NCBI RefSeq assembly: GCF_009914755.1
Contig: NC_060935.1
Length of the DNA stretch: 64,000 bases
Strand: one strand, 5' to 3'
Origin: the human T2T-CHM13v2.0 reference genome, Homo sapiens
The notes below the pieces were generated by a model that ran no database searches, was not told the origin of the DNA, and saw only the letters and a program-made list of their open reading frames with translations. Shown here one piece after another: positions 25,719 to 40,299 of this stretch (within the stretch, counting starts at the first letter, position 1; every line of letters starts with the position of its first letter). Both the position numbers and the translations under genes were made by a program.

Positions 25719-27139
25719 TTCTCTTTTTGGTACCTGTAAACAGGCCATGGATCATTTAAGCCTTGGTTGCAGTGACTAGAAGTAACATATAAATGCATGA
25801 AATGAGATTGGTCTAGTTGTAGCAGAAGAGAAATGCTAGATGTAAGGTCAACCAAGAACTGTTACAACAGTGGTTATTCTAAGTAAGATGGAATTGAATT
25901 ATTTGAATGGAGCAATAACTGAGACTAAGCTTCATTTAACACTTAATGAAGAGGTAACAAGGATGGACTGTCATAATAAGGTTTTACAGTGTTCATTTCT
26001 GGAGAATTTCTAAGCAATCCTGAGATTAATGGAATCGCAAAGAGAATACCTGTTAAGAAAATAAATCTTAGGATATAGTTAAGAATAATCACTTTACATT
26101 CTTGATTAGAAAAAGGTCCCAGAATAAATGTATAAGGACCATTAAAGAGGAGAGGGGCAAAAATAATAACACCATTGGATCTATACTAGATTTTTAAAAT
26201 CAAAAACACTTTGATAAGCTAAATAGATTTTTAAGTCATCTGAATTCTATTTTTCTTTAATTTCCTAGTGTTTTAGGAGGATAATAACCAATGTGACAGA
26301 GGCTTATCTTTGCTTCAACAAGCTCTTTAAATTGCAATGTTTCATTTAAATTTTATTTATATTAACCAGAACTTTAACAGCAGGGAAGAGAGATGTTTTA
26401 TTATAAATTCTTATCCTTTAAAGAGACAACATATTTTCCTTTTGCCCAAATATCTTTCCTCATATTGTATTACCATGAGTTTCCAAAATATCTTGTGGTG
26501 TTGCTTATATTTGCACATGCCTGGAATTCCTTAACTCTATTGTCAGAGAATAAAGAATAACCACTGTTTAAACAGTTCTTGGTTGACCTTACATCTAGCA
26601 TTTCTCTTCTGCTGCAACTACACCAATCCCATTTCATTCATTTATAAATTATAATTATTTTAAATATCAACCTTGGAAAGGTAGAAGTAAAATCATTTTA
26701 AGATGGTATGGTGTACATATTGTAATTCAATTGCTCTATTCAATTAAAAAAATGCAGAATGAGAAATGACTATAGCAGTCTTATTTAGAAGAACAGATTC
26801 CACCTGGGAAATACAGCTAGTTAATTTCCCCAGGCTCAGCTGACTCCAATAATTAAAAGCAATCCCTCAAGCTTCTCTCATCTCATACCTGATCAGTTAT
26901 TCTTAATTTTCTTCTTAGGTGGTACACTCCATTTGTATCACGGTGATCAATGCCATTCTTGTATCAGTCAGTATATAATTTGGTAACAAGCAATGCCCCT
27001 AATTTCAGTGGCTAACAACTTGTCTACACTATATGCCCTAAACGTACAATAATAACCCTCCTCCATTCCCAGGATATGATGGTAGAAGAGACACAATGCC
27101 ACTAGATACTTGTGTTTGACAAGACCTACAAATTCTTCT

Positions 27140-27600
27140 GTATTTATCTCTTTTCTCTAACTTCATCTTCCTCCTCTCTACCCTATGGAGCCTGTGCTAT
27201 AGCCACACATCACGTGTTTGTAGTTCTTTGACTATAACAGACTCTTTATTAAACCCTGTTTTTTATTTTATTTATTTATTTTTTTGTCATATTGTTTCCT
27301 CTACTTGGAATGCATTTTTCTTCTCTGTTATCTGGCCAGTCCCTATTCATTCCTCTAGACTCAGCTTAAATGTCATCTTCTCTGGGGATGAATTTAGTCT
27401 GCCTTGCTTTTACACCAGCCAAATCCTTTGTGGGCCTCATGTGCCCTGCTGTTTCCTTGTAGCCTTCTTTTGGCCAATCTTTACCACAAGGATATGAATG
27501 CCTTGAAATCAGAAGTTCTACTTTTCTCTGAATTTGAGTACAGAACGTTATGTTTGCACACAGCAAGAGTGTAATAAGTAAGTAAATAAGTTGGCATTAA
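27140..27600 (+). mobile_element. L2 fragment
   Basis: cctctacttggaatgc...tcattcctctagactcagcttaaatgtcatcttctc L2 motif. Confidence 0.6.
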
Positions 27601-28555
27601 ATGTTTGGTGAGTTCCTCTCAGAAAAAGTGGCATTTTGATGGGGATTGTATGTTAAAAAAAAAAAAAAAGAATGGTTTGTGCCTGTCAACTCACAGGATA
27701 AGAAAGAGTCACATTCCTGTTGTGACAAAATGTTCCAACAACAGGAATCATAGGTCCAAAGAGATTCCAGACACTTTGTTAAAAAGCATAAATTACCTGT
27801 GTGCTATTCCAAAAAGACGAATAAGTAGACATATTTTTAACTGCAAAGATAACATCTTGCACAGTAAGCACTTAAAGTTTTAAAAGTTTTCAGGAAAACT
27901 GATGGCTATATGTTGGTAACAGAACTCTTTTTGTGCAAACAATGATAGTATGCCTAGATCTTCTAGTCTCTGAACTTAGTATTAAAATTTTCACATGTTT
28001 AGAATTCTCATGAAATAGAATGTCCTGAGCAATAATACTTATTCATTGAAGAGTAATTTTGTAATAATTTTTTATATTTTATTCACTACTCTACATAAGT
28101 CAGGTTCCTTTAATATTGACAAGAACATTATGAAATAGAAATAATTATTTTTCACAGAGGAAAACTGAACTTAGCAGTTGTGTGAATGTTCACATTATAT
28201 AATTACATTTTTTTCTACCATGTAGAATATCTTTGTAAAATGGGAAAATTATAACGATTAGAACTGGAAAATACCATTGAAATTATTTTTATTTTTACAT
28301 CAAGCTAATTTCCTGTCTTGTAAAGAAGGGTGTCTTGCCATTTGAAATAAATAATACTGTGTTCTTCACAAACATGCAGATTTATGCATTCCAGTATGTA
28401 TAACTATTTGAAACAAAACTTCTAAAATCATACTTTGAGAGTCCCTAAATAGTCAGCAATGAATGTAGAATAACAGAAATGAATATTTGACAAAATGATA
28501 CTGGCAGCAACTTTATCCTTATAGCATCCTCCTAGTACTGTGATTCAATTACATG

Positions 28556-29622
28556 GCAATAAGACCTCAAAAGCAATTGCAGCAAAAACAAAAATTGACA
28601 AGTGGGACCTAATTAAACTGAAGAGCTTCTGCACAGCAAAAGAAACTACCAATGGAGTAAACAGACACCCTACAGAATGGGAAAATGGGTTCACCACCTA
28701 TGCATCCGACAAAGGTCTACTAATATCAAGAATCTATAAGGAACTTATACAAATCAACAAACATAAAACAAATAACTCCATTAAAAAGTGGGCAAAGAAC
28801 ATGAGTGGCTCTTCTCAAAAGAAGACATACAAGTGGCCAAAAAACATGAAAAAATGTTCAACATCACTAATAATTAGAGAAAGGCAAACCAAAACCACAA
28901 TGAAATACCATCTCACACAAGTCAGAATAACTATTATTAAGCCAAAAAATAACAGATCCTGGCAAGTCTGTGGAGAAAAGGGAACACTTATATAGTCTTG
29001 GTGGGAATGTATAAGCCCCATTTCCACTTTGGAAAGCAGTTTGGAGATTTATCAGAGAACTGAAAACAGAACCTGTAATTCGACCTAGCAATTCCATTAC
29101 TGGGTATCTACCCAAGGGAAAATAAATCATTCTGCCAAAAAGACACATGCACTCACATGTTAATTGCAGCACTATTCACAATAGCAAAGACATGGAGTCA
29201 ACCTAGGGGGTCCATCCATGGTGTATTGGATAAAGAAAATGTGGTACATATATACCATGGAATACTATGCAACCATAAAAAAGAATGAAATCATGTCATT
29301 TGCAGTAACATAGATGCAGCTGGAGGCCATCATCCTAAGCAAATTAAGGCAGGAACAGAAAGTCAAATACCATATGGTTTTGCTTATAAGTGGGAGCTAA
29401 ACACTGGGTACATACGAACACGAAATGGGAACAATAGACACTAGAGACTTTAAAAGAGGGGAGAGAAGGAGAGGCGAAAGGGCTGAGAAACTACCTATTG
29501 GGTATTATGGTCATTACCTGGGTGACAGGATCAATCATACCCCAAACCTGTGACATCATACAATATCCCCATGTAACAAACCCACTGAATCTAAAATAAA
29601 AGTTAAATAAATAAATAAAATA
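28556..29622 (+). mobile_element. 5'-truncated L1PA (L1PA15/16-like)
   Basis: ORF2 C-terminus [26 protein letters not shown]; 3'UTR and (taaa)n tail. Confidence 0.92.
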
Positions 29623-29844
29623 CTTAGAAATACACTTTTAAAAAACTAAATGTGTGGCTTATCCAAATTACACAATGCTAAACATCATGGATATATGCGT
29701 TAATTTTGGAATGGCCCAAATCCTGAAGAACACATTTCAAGTGGCAATTCAGTGATGACATGTAACCCTTTATTTGACATTTGACATTCAAAGGATTTCC
29801 AGTGCTTTCGGGTCTTGATTCAATTCTGATTTCTGGTTCTGTGA

Positions 29845-30285
<441 letters not shown>

Positions 30286-31634
30286 TAAAATTTGGTCAAT
30301 ATCTCCACCTCATTTCTTCTAACATGTTTTGCAAGATTCCCTAAGTAAGGTATTGAAGACTGAGACTAGTCCGGCAAAGTCATGAGACCCTTAGCTGATC
30401 TCATAAAGTCCACCTCATGAAAGGAGATGATTCAACATCTCAAGCTAAGGTATAAAGTGTGGACATACAAAGGCTTACAAGTTTTACACTTCCTTACATG
30501 TTACATGTTACTCCATACATATTTATTACATATTATATAGTCAATGTCTCCTAATCCCTTCCCTGTTCAGCATGTCTCTCCCAGTTTGAATCATTGTTGC
30601 AACAACATTCTTTTAAAAGAAATGATGATTTCATCAGAAAAGAGAGAAGAAAAAACATACGAATGTGTCCTTAGCCCTCAGTTCAGAGGTGTTTGCCCTG
30701 AAGGAATTGATTCTTGATATACACAGTGTGTGCATTGCAACTAAAAAGATTCAACTGGAATCAAAGTCCTTTTACATTTTTGTGCAGTAACTGCTTAGAA
30801 TAATAATGTCCCCTACATTACCATTAATTTAGCTTCATTCAGGCTTGCATAGGAAATAAAAGAGGAAAATAGTACAGCTCTAGCTACTTAGGTACCCTCT
30901 CAAGGTAATGCTGGGATTCACACTGATGGTAGCACTACCCAGAGAAAATAAGTGAGGGGAAGTAGACATTTTTCAAATTGTAATTAGGATATCTACTCAC
31001 TTCTTATCTTTTCCCCCAAACTGAAACCCAATTAAGTTAAATTTCATTTAAATAATTCTCTTTTTATGGTCATCTCCACTACGGATATTTGAGGATTATG
31101 GATGGTTGAATCCTGCTTGATCAAATTAAGATGCATCATAACTGTGTACATTTACTTAATGAAAGATGGTCAAATAGGATAATGAGGGATTTGGACTGTT
31201 AATTGTTCATGGAGTTCCAGAGGGGATAAGACTAGGCATATACAATTTTGAAGGTCTAAAATTATGTACAAATATATATGTTTAACTACACATATGAATT
31301 TTCTCAGAAGATATTCATTCCATAGATTTTTTTTCAAGGTATCAAAAGGATCTATTACTCAAAAGAGAGCCCTTAGTGACCTTTATAATATTATATGTTT
31401 TAACCTTTCTTAGGAAACAGAGCACTTAAAAGTCATTGTACTTCTAGTGGGACCCCAAATATAGATATATTTTAGTTGTTTTATGAAATAAAAATTATTT
31501 TAATGGCATAAAGTATTACTTATGTACTACCCAGCTTCCTTCAGGTTGCTCAGGGTAATTCCTGTCTCCCATCTTAATACTAATGTTGGAACATATTAAG
31601 TGCAGTGGCTTAAATTAGAAGCAAAAATACAACT

Positions 31635-31856
31635 ATCCTGAGCAACATGGTGAAACTCCATCTCTACAAAAAATACAAAAATTAGCCAAGCATTGGTGGC
31701 TCATGCTGATAGTCCCAGCTACTTAGGAGGCTGAGGCTGCAGAATCCCTTGAGCCCTGGAAACAGAGGTTGCAATGAGCTGAGATCATGCTACTATACCA
31801 TTCCAATCTGGCAACCTGGGTGAAAGAGTAATACCCTATCTAAAAAAAAAAAAAAA
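31635..31856 (+). mobile_element. 5'-truncated AluJ inserted in a MIR (~31595-32125)
   Basis: End of left arm, linker, right arm and poly-A; TSD aagcaaaaatacaactatc / aagcaaaaataaaacaatc. Confidence 0.85.
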
Positions 31857-32204
31857 GCAAAAATAAAACAATCTTTTGAATTTAGATTTACTTTGTACCA
31901 CCTTTGGATTTGCTGCTTGTACTTGAAACATTCATGTCTTTCACCTATCCCTCTCTGTCCATAGTAATGCAATAATGTAAATATGGAACATATTAGGTAG
32001 TTTATCCTGATGATTAAGGGACAAGCCTAGTTGTGGGACCGTGAGAAAGGTATTTAACCACATTGATAGGATTGCTGTGGAGCACGGATGAGATGATCCA
32101 TGTAGTGCATTTAGTGCAGTATACATTTTTAATCAATACTAGACATACTGTTTTTTATATTGTAATGATTATATATGTCTCCTGTGTGGCAGCCACTTAG
32201 GTCT

Positions 32205-32335
32205 TATATTCGTGAGAGCTCAACCCTCATGGACTAATTACCTTCCAAAGTCCCACCTCCAAATATCATCACATTGAAGATTTGGGTTTGATTATACAAA
32301 TATTAAGGGGACACAATCATTCAGTCCATAGAACA
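32205..32335 (-). mobile_element. MaLR LTR fragment (MLT1A/MST-like)
   Basis: ccctcatggactaattaccttccaaagtcccacctcc...cattcagtccatag. Confidence 0.7.
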
Positions 32336-33140
32336 TAACACATTTGTTATGGAAAACTACATTTGCCACAGTGTTTATTAGAGAAAAATGTTAGTTGTTT
32401 ACTTAGGATGATAAGCTATATCTGCCACAGGAGGATGATTTTTCCATCAAGCTTAGTGATAATTAATGCAACCAACGTCACGAATCTAGCTCTAATTTAC
32501 TCAGCTGGTAAAAAAAAAAGAGTGTGAAAGTCCTTCAATTCATTAAAGTTAGGAAATAACTGTAAGAATATTTAATCCTTCTAAAATATTTGCAAATAGA
32601 GGTAATTTAAAAATAAAGTGCAGAACCTAAATATTGTCAAACTAGTGATATGTAATAAAAATATTCTGTTAGCCAATTAATTTTGTGAATTTCTGGGTTA
32701 ATCAAAGTTAAGTTGGTTTCTTAATTACAGAGTTTCTCTGAGTCTTTAATTTAAATCTTTATGGTGCTTCTTAAGGTGAGGATAGTGTAAACTGCATTTA
32801 ATAAATTCATCTGGACACACAATTCTTTTTCTGAAGACATTCCCAAAGAATATGCCTAGGAATGCTGATATAGGAATGTTTTTCATCTCTGTAATTCTAC
32901 ATTTTATGTCTTTGATTTACACTCTTAAGAATATGCCTGGAGAAGAAAAAGAAAAAGAGATAGACCCTTTTAAAGTTCTGAAGCAGGGATTTCAGCCTTA
33001 AACAAACAAGAAAAGAAAGGCTTTCAAATCTAGAACTATATGGAAGAGGACATATTCTATGCACTTTCCTTTTCCCCAACCCAATTCTAAATTTGAGATG
33101 TTACTCCTTTATGTAATATACACATAGACATATGCGCTCT

Positions 33141-33165
33141 ATCTCTGTCTCTCTCTCTCTCTCTT

Positions 33166-33198
<33 letters not shown>
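33141..33198. repeat. (TC)n-(CA)n compound microsatellite
   Basis: Directly visible. Confidence 0.95.
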
Positions 33199-33202
<4 letters not shown>

Positions 33203-35556
33203 TATCCTAACACTTGGTTGAATACAGATTGCTGAATATAGATGGCGCAATGGCTAGTGATATTTTCATGACCTTGAAGGTAATCCAAAGGTTAACTTTG
33301 ATATATAACTGTTCACTGAATATCTTTCAATAGGCAACTTTTAAAATTTAAATTCTAAACAAATTAAGCAGAATCTTCCCAGTGTGCGCTAGCTCAAGTA
33401 TCAAATTATATTAATTGTTTAAGATGCTTTGTCAAGAAATGTGGCCAGTTTTAATTCATATTGCCAAATAAATTCAAAAGAACACATTCATTGAATTCTT
33501 CCATTATGTTCTTGTCATTGCTGTTGGTATGAACGTTCTGACCTTCGAAAATGATGAACAATTCAGAAATTCAACATAAAAAAGCAGTATTAAATTATGA
33601 TTGAGGATACTGAAGATGTGTTTTAGTATTATTGACTTTTAGAATTTGCTGCCAGTTATTAATTTCATCTAGCCTTATCCTCAATAAAAATAAATAAGTA
33701 AAGACTAAGGTAGCTGTAAGGTTGATATATGGGCATTTTATTGTAAAATCAAATATGGAGCCTGAGGAATTATTTTATAAATCTAGCACCATGGAATGAT
33801 AGCAAAACAAGTTCTGAACTCTGACTCATAGAATCTAGTCAGATGTCAGAGGTCAGGTTTTTCTATCTAACACATTCTGCTGCCTTTAATTTATAATTAC
33901 CAAGCATCTACATAAGGGAGAAAGATGCTCAATTACCTTCTGGGAATCCAAAGACAAATGGGATGTGATATTTTTATCCAGGACCCACAGTGCTTTTGGG
34001 TAGATAAACATACAAACAACTAACAAGTTATTCAAATGTTTAAGTGGGGCATATTCATCAAATGATGACGTCACAGAAGAAGTGTTATATGTGGTTTTCA
34101 AGGAAGCATTCAAAAAAGGATGTAATGTCAGTTGGGTTTTAAAAGACGTGTAGGACTTCACAAGGGGAAATGGAGGTGGTGGGGTGGGGAGAAATGAGGG
34201 AGCGCTAGGACTGCCAGATTTAGTAAGTAAAAATATAGGATGCCTTGGAACTACTGTATTTTATTTGACATTCCAAATAAAGAGGAAAATGTATATATGC
34301 ATGATTGAATAACATTAATGTTCATATTTAAGGAGTGATCCTGGTTAAATACAATCTTGAATTTGTCAGTGATATGTAAAGCCAGGTCACCTATATAGAG
34401 TGAAATGGGAGTCAACAGGCCTGTAAGTGTGTGTAGATTTTAAAAAATTAAAAACTTTAGAACAATCCTTATGGGAATGGCAATGGTTAATGACTAGTAT
34501 CTGCTAAAAGAACGTCCTCTTGGCATTGAATTTTCTTCAAGTTAGAAACTTTCTCTACTACTTTAAATATTTATATACTTGATACAGTGTAAGAACACAC
34601 AGAGACAAATATATAGTTTTAATTATATAGATGCTTTTTATATGTTTTATTATATCTTGCATATACTTTATGATAAAATTAATACATATGCAATCCAGGA
34701 CATTTAAAAATACATAATAGATAACTATAGAGGAAAAACCATAATTATATCACCACACAGAAATAACATTATATTGTTATATATAATATATGAATATGAA
34801 TAGATCTATAGATAAATGTTATATATATATATATGTAGCTATAGATAGGAAACTTGTACTGTGTTTGAAGTTTTGAACACTGCTCCTTGTACATAATATT
34901 ACAGGGAGAGCATTTTATTTCATTAAAATATGAAAATATCATTTTTAATTGCTATTTAGTATTAGCATTGTTTGTATTGATCATTACTTACTTAAACAAG
35001 TCCCTATTGTTTAAGCCTTAGATTGCTTTTTAATGTGCACTGTTATAAATACAACACTGCAGTAAAAACTCTTTAGTGTAGAATTATCATTTTCATTTTT
35101 GATACATTCTTAGGATGAATTCCAAAAAGTGTAATTAGTTGGTTAAAGCATATGTGTCTTTTAGATTTCTAGATTCGTTTTGCCAAATTGCTTTCTAGAA
35201 AGGTTGTATGAATTTAACTTGTTCTGGGAATGTAAGATAATATTTGCCTCACTATAAATTTGCAAGCATTCAATATTTTTAGAAATCTTGAGTATTTTTG
35301 AAATACTTTTGTTTTTTAAAAATTCGCATTTGTTTATTAGAAAATTTTAATGTTTACATTACAGTAGGAATATATATTTTTAATGTCATGACTTATCTAT
35401 TTGTGTTTTTCCAGTTTTCTCTTAGACTATTAAATTTCATTTTCTTGATAATTCACAATAAGTTTTGTTAGGTTCATATAATTTATTGTTGGTCCTATCT
35501 TTTAAAATATTCCAAATTTGCCATTTACTTTTTGTGATGTTTATGATATATGGTAA

Positions 35557-35843
35557 ATTTTTTTTTGTTTTTTTGAGACAGAGTTTTCTCTGTCGCCCAG
35601 TCTGGAGTGGTGGCATGATTTCGGCTCACTGCAACCTGCAGGTTCAAGCAATTCGCTGCCTCAGCCTCCTAAGTAGCTGAGATTACAGGCACCCGCCACC
35701 ATGCCCAGCTAATTTTTGTATTTTTAGTAGAGATGGGGTTTCACCATCTTGGCCAGGCTGGTCTTGAACTCCTGACCTCGTGATCCACCCGCCTCGGCCT
35801 CCTAAAGTGCTGGGATTACAGGCGTGAGCCACCTTGCCCAGCC
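35557..35843 (-). mobile_element. AluS (Sg/Sc-like)
   Basis: cctgacctcgtgatccacccgcctcggcc diagnostic; T tail. Confidence 0.92.
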
Positions 35844-36004
35844 TACAGTAAAATTTTATGTCATTAAATGTTTCAATATTTTATATCTTTATTGCTTATA
35901 TGCTCAGAATATACTTTAACCCCAAAGTAGATGGATATTTATTTAAAAGTCCTAGTGTTTTATGTCATATTTTAAAACTCTGAACCATTTTAAAATTAAT
36001 TAAT

Positions 36005-36326
36005 TAATTAATTTATTTATTTATGTATTTATTTATTTAGATGGGGTCTTACTCTGCCACTCAGGCTGGAATGCAGTGGTGTGATCACAGCTCACTGCAG
36101 CCTTGACCAACCCTGGGCTCAGGTGATCCTCCCACTTCAGCCTCCCAAGTAGCTGGGGTTAGAGGTACATGCCACCATGCCTAGCTAATTTTTTAAAAGT
36201 TTTTTGTAGAGACAGGTTTTTGCCATGTTGCCCAGGCTGGTCTCAAACTCCCAAGCTCAAAGTGATCTGCCCATCTGGGCCCCTGAAAGTGCTGGGAATT
36301 ACAGACATGAGCCAAGGCGCCCAGAC
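36005..36326 (-). mobile_element. AluJ with (TTTA)n tail
   Basis: gtgatcacagctcactgcagcc J-type features. Confidence 0.9.
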
Positions 36327-36789
36327 ACAATCTATTATTTTTTAATTTATCAGTGTATATGTAGATATAGATAAAAAATATAGATATTACATTTGGGGGC
36401 TATGTATTGGTTCCTTTCATTTTATTATTATGTCTTGAACCAGTTCCACACTTAGTAAAATTGCCCAGCCTGGGTAATATCAGATAGGTGCATGGTAATC
36501 AAGCTCAACCTCTGTCTCTGATATCATTACGCCTAAATGTCTAGAATAATTTTACTGTTGATTTCTTTTCCAGACAGCCTTTAGAATAGTTTTGTAAACT
36601 CCTTTCCTCGACAAAAGGAATTTTATTGAGATGACATCGGTAGTTAATTGGAATTTGGTAAGAACTAAGAATTTTGAAACAATTGTCTCTTCAAGGAACA
36701 TAATAATAATAATTAACATTCACTGAGTGTTTATTATATTCTATCATTCTAAGTCATTCCCGCTTACTAACTCATTTTAAAAACAAATG

Positions 36790-37610
36790 CACTCACTTCG
36801 TTGGTGATTTGGTTGAGTTCCAAGGCTTTAAATGCATTCTCTGTGAGCACATCCACATTTGCTTTTCCAGTTATAAATGCTGTCCTGAATTCTATTAAAT
36901 GTATCATCTCCCTACTCAACACTTCCTCTTTGATGTCTAATAAGCATTTAAGGTTTGACATATCCCAAACTGGACTTCTCTGTTCCCTTCCCCATCTAAG
37001 TTAATGGCTCAGTTTAAACACCTTGTGGTCCGAATTCCTAACTGACTTTTCTCTTTCTTTAATACTGTGCATGCAATTGATCAATAACTCTACTTTCAAA
37101 ATGTATCAAGGATATATCTTAATATATATCCATGATATATATCTGAATACTTTAGATGTATTTGGTGCTGGATGCAATTCTCAAAAATTTCATTGCTACC
37201 ATATTAGTCCAAACCATTTGTCATATATAATGCTACGATAGCCTCCTTACTTAGGGATCTCCTTGCTTTGACCTTTGCTCCACTAGGGTCTTTTCCCAAA
37301 AGAATACCTAGAAGGATCATTTTAATAAGTGACTCAGATAATGTCATTCCTATGAGAAAAGTGTCCTGTGGTTCCCCATCTGCTCACAGTAAAGCCAAAA
37401 TTTTTACTGTAACCTAAAAGGCTATCTGAGAATTCTATGCAATTTTCTTACAGTTTTTCCATGGCTTATTTCCTTTCCCTCTCAAGAATATGCTTCCCAA
37501 AGGCAGAGATCTTTGTCCATTTTGTTCACTGATATATCCAGGCACCCAGGATCGTATATTCTTTTTACAAAATGTTGCTCAATAAATATTTTTCATAAAT
37601 GCATAAACTG
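36790..37610 (+). mobile_element. L2
   Basis: gatgtctaataagcatttaaggtttgacatatccc...ttgttcactgatatatcc...gctcaataaatatt. Confidence 0.8.
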
Positions 37611-37769
37611 TAACATAATCTGATAGGAAATATGCTATTGTTGTTTTCTGATGAGGAGCCATAATTATAGCAAGGATATTTAGCAGCAATTTTAATAGCC
37701 AAGATTCGAACTCAGGCACTGTTTCTGGAGTCTGAATTCTTAATCTTTAGATTGGGTATTGCAATTAGC

Positions 37770-38995
37770 TGTTGTGGGAAGTCAGGGAGCCCAAACAGAG
37801 GGGCTGGCTGGAGCTGTGGCAAAGGAACATAAATTGTGAAGATTTCATTTCAGTATGGACGTATATCAGTTCCCCAAATTAATACTTTTATAATTTCTTA
37901 CACCTGTCTTTATTGCAATCTCTGAACATAAATTGTGAAGATTTCATTTTAATATGGACATTTATCAGTTCCCAAAATTAATACTTTTATAATTTCTTAC
38001 GCCTGTCTTTATTGCGATCTCTGAACATAAATTGTGAAGATTTCATTTTAATATGGACATTTATCAGTTCCCAAAATTAATACTTTTATAATTTCTTATG
38101 CCTGTCTTTACTTTAATCTCTTAATCCTGTTATCTTCACAAGCTGAGAATGTATGTCACCTTAGGACCACTATTATGTTATCTGTACAACTGATTGTAAA
38201 ACATGTGTGTTTGAACAATATGAAATCAGTGCACCTTGAAAGAGAACAAAGTAACAGTGATCTTCAGGGAACAAGGAAAGACAACCATGAGGTCTGACTG
38301 CCTGAGGGGTCGGGCAGAATAGAGCCGTATTTTTCTTCTTGCAGAGAGCCTATAAATGGACATGGAAATAGGGAAGATATCACTGATATTAATATTCCTA
38401 GTAAGGAATATTAATAATTAAGACCCCGAAAAAGGAATGCATTTCTGGGGGGAGGTCTATAAACAGCCACTGTGGGAATGTCTGTCTTATGAGGTTGAGA
38501 TAAGGACTGAAATACACCCTGGTCTCCTGCAGTACCCTCAGGCTTATTAGGGTGGGGAAAAACTCCGTCCTGGTAAATTTGTGGTCAGACTGGCTCTCTG
38601 CTCTCGAATCCTTTTTTCTGTTGTTTAAGATGTTTATCAAGACAATATGTGCACAGCTGAACATAGACCCTTATCAGTAGTTCTGTTTTGCCTTTTGTCC
38701 TGTTTCCTCAGAAGCATGTGATCTTTGTTCCCCTTTTTGCCCTTTGAAGCATGTGATCTTTGTGACCTACTCCCTGTTCTTGCACCCCCTCCCGTTTTGA
38801 AATCCTCAAAAAAGACCTGCTGGTTTTGCAGCTCAGGTGGGCATCAAGGACCTACTGATATGTGATGTCACCCCCAGTGGCCCAGCTGTAGAATTCCTCT
38901 CTTTGTACTTTATCTCTTTATTTCTCAGACTGGCCAACACTTAGGGAAAATAGAAAGAACCTACGTTGAAATATTGGGGGTGGGTTCCACCGATA
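37770..38995 (+). mobile_element. MER11 (HERV-K11/ERVK) solo LTR
   Basis: tgttgtgggaagtcaggga...gggtgggttccaccgata; perfect 6-bp TSD attagc (37764-37769 / 38996-39001). Confidence 0.95.
37825..38115 (+). repeat. ~3 x 99-bp tandem repeat inside MER11
   Basis: Unit gaacataaattgtgaagatttcatttt...cctgtcttta starts at 37825, 37924 and 38023. Confidence 0.95.
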
Positions 38996-39029
38996 ATTAG
39001 CCACCTTATTTTTCAGTTACATTGTGGTT

Positions 39030-39320
39030 AGTATTGTACTTCCTAAGCCTCTTTGAGATTAGGCATGGCATGTGCCTTGTTTTGGCCAGTGAAATGTAAG
39101 CCGAAGTGGTACAGGACTCTGTTATGCAATCTTCTATCTTCCTTTTCCCTTGCCACAGATGCAGAGCATATCAATAGCTGGGACCTGAATTAGCACCATA
39201 TGGAGCAGAGTTCTCTTCCAGCTAACCAAGGGTATGTAACAAGAATGAGAAATAAACCAAGGTTATTTGAGTAGATTGTTTGTCACCACAATATAACCTA
39301 GTTCATTCTAAATAATACAA
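39030..39320 (+). mobile_element. Old MLT1 LTR fragment
   Basis: ttttggccagtgaaatgtaagccgaagtg and gaatgagaaataaacc...ataataca end. Confidence 0.6.
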
Positions 39321-39330
39321 TATTTTATAG

Positions 39331-39630
39331 TTTTCTTTTCCTTTTTTTTTAAGAGATAGGGTCTCACTGTGTCACCCAGGCTGGGAGTGCAGTGGCGTGA
39401 TAATAGCTTACTGCAACCTCAAACTCCTGGGCTCAGTGATCCTTCTGCCTCAGACTCCCAAGTCGCTGGAACTACAGGTATGTGTCACCATGCCCAGTTA
39501 ATTAATTTTTTTGAGAGATGAGATCTTGCTATGTTGCCCAGGCTGGTCTCAAACTCCTGGCCCCAAGTGATCCTCTCGCCTCAGCCTCCCAAAGTGCTGG
39601 AATTACAGGTGTGAGCTACCACACCCAGCC
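39331..39630 (-). mobile_element. AluJ
   Basis: Dimeric Alu; TSD tatagttttct / tataattttct. Confidence 0.92.
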
Positions 39631-39781
39631 TATAATTTTCTTCATGTAGATTTACACAGTGATATTCATAGACAGTGATTGCATGTATATGTACGCAATT
39701 GATAGGCTGTTTTATGTTTTTTCATGATGGTACAATTTGAGATTGAGAATGTTTAACTGAAAAATTTTTAACATATTTCAG

Positions 39782-40185
39782 TGATATAGTTTGGGTATTT
39801 GTCCCCACCCAAATCTCATGTTGAATTTTAATTCCCAATGCTGGAGGTGGGGCCTGGTTTGGAGGTGTTTGGATTATAGGGATAGATCCCTCATGGTTTG
39901 GTGCTGTCTTCACAATAGTGAGTTCTCACAAGATCTGGTCATTTAAAAATGTGTGGCACCTCCTCCCCACGTCACTCTCTCTCTCGCTCCTGCTTTTGTT
40001 ATGAGAGGTGCCTGCTCCTGCTTCATCTTCTGCCATGAGTAAAAGCTCCCTGAGGTCTCCCCAGAAGCAAATGCCACCATGTTTCCTAAACCACCTGCAG
40101 AGCCATGAGCCAATTAACCGTCTTTTCTTATAAACTACCCAGTCTAAGTTATTTCCTTATGGCAATGCAAGAATGACTTAATACA
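39782..40185 (+). mobile_element. MST (MSTA/B) MaLR solo LTR
   Basis: tgatatagtttgggtatttgtcccc...gacttaataca; perfect TSD ttcag. Confidence 0.92.
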
Positions 40186-40299
40186 TTCAGGTACTGTATT
40201 TCAAGGAGAGTAAAACATCTAAATTTTTAATATTAATGTAGAATGCAACCACTGTTCAGAAGATAAATTCAATCTAAAAGGTTGTCCACCTTCCATTTA

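Larger units (their letters stand above)
34600..36700 (-). mobile_element. Old L1ME-type element interrupted by two Alus
   Basis: L1M 3'UTR motifs (catttttaattgct...ccctattg...gccaaattgctttctagaaaggttgta) and ORF2-end remnants near 36400-36700. Confidence 0.65.

Noticed and set aside
29752-29829. Possible box C/D snoRNA (GTGATGA ... CTGA, 78 nt) with loose resemblance to an 18S-complementary word
   Set aside because: No terminal stem, no convincing C'/D' boxes, and the putative guide is gapped; such box pairs are common by chance. An Infernal/snoscan hit would be needed.
34066-34073. Second TGACGTCA palindrome
   Set aside because: Isolated, with no CpG or motif cluster, and it lies in what looks like decayed L2-like sequence.
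37825-38115. Regular repeats as a possible CRISPR-like array
   Set aside because: Head-to-tail units without unique spacers, inside a primate ERVK LTR.
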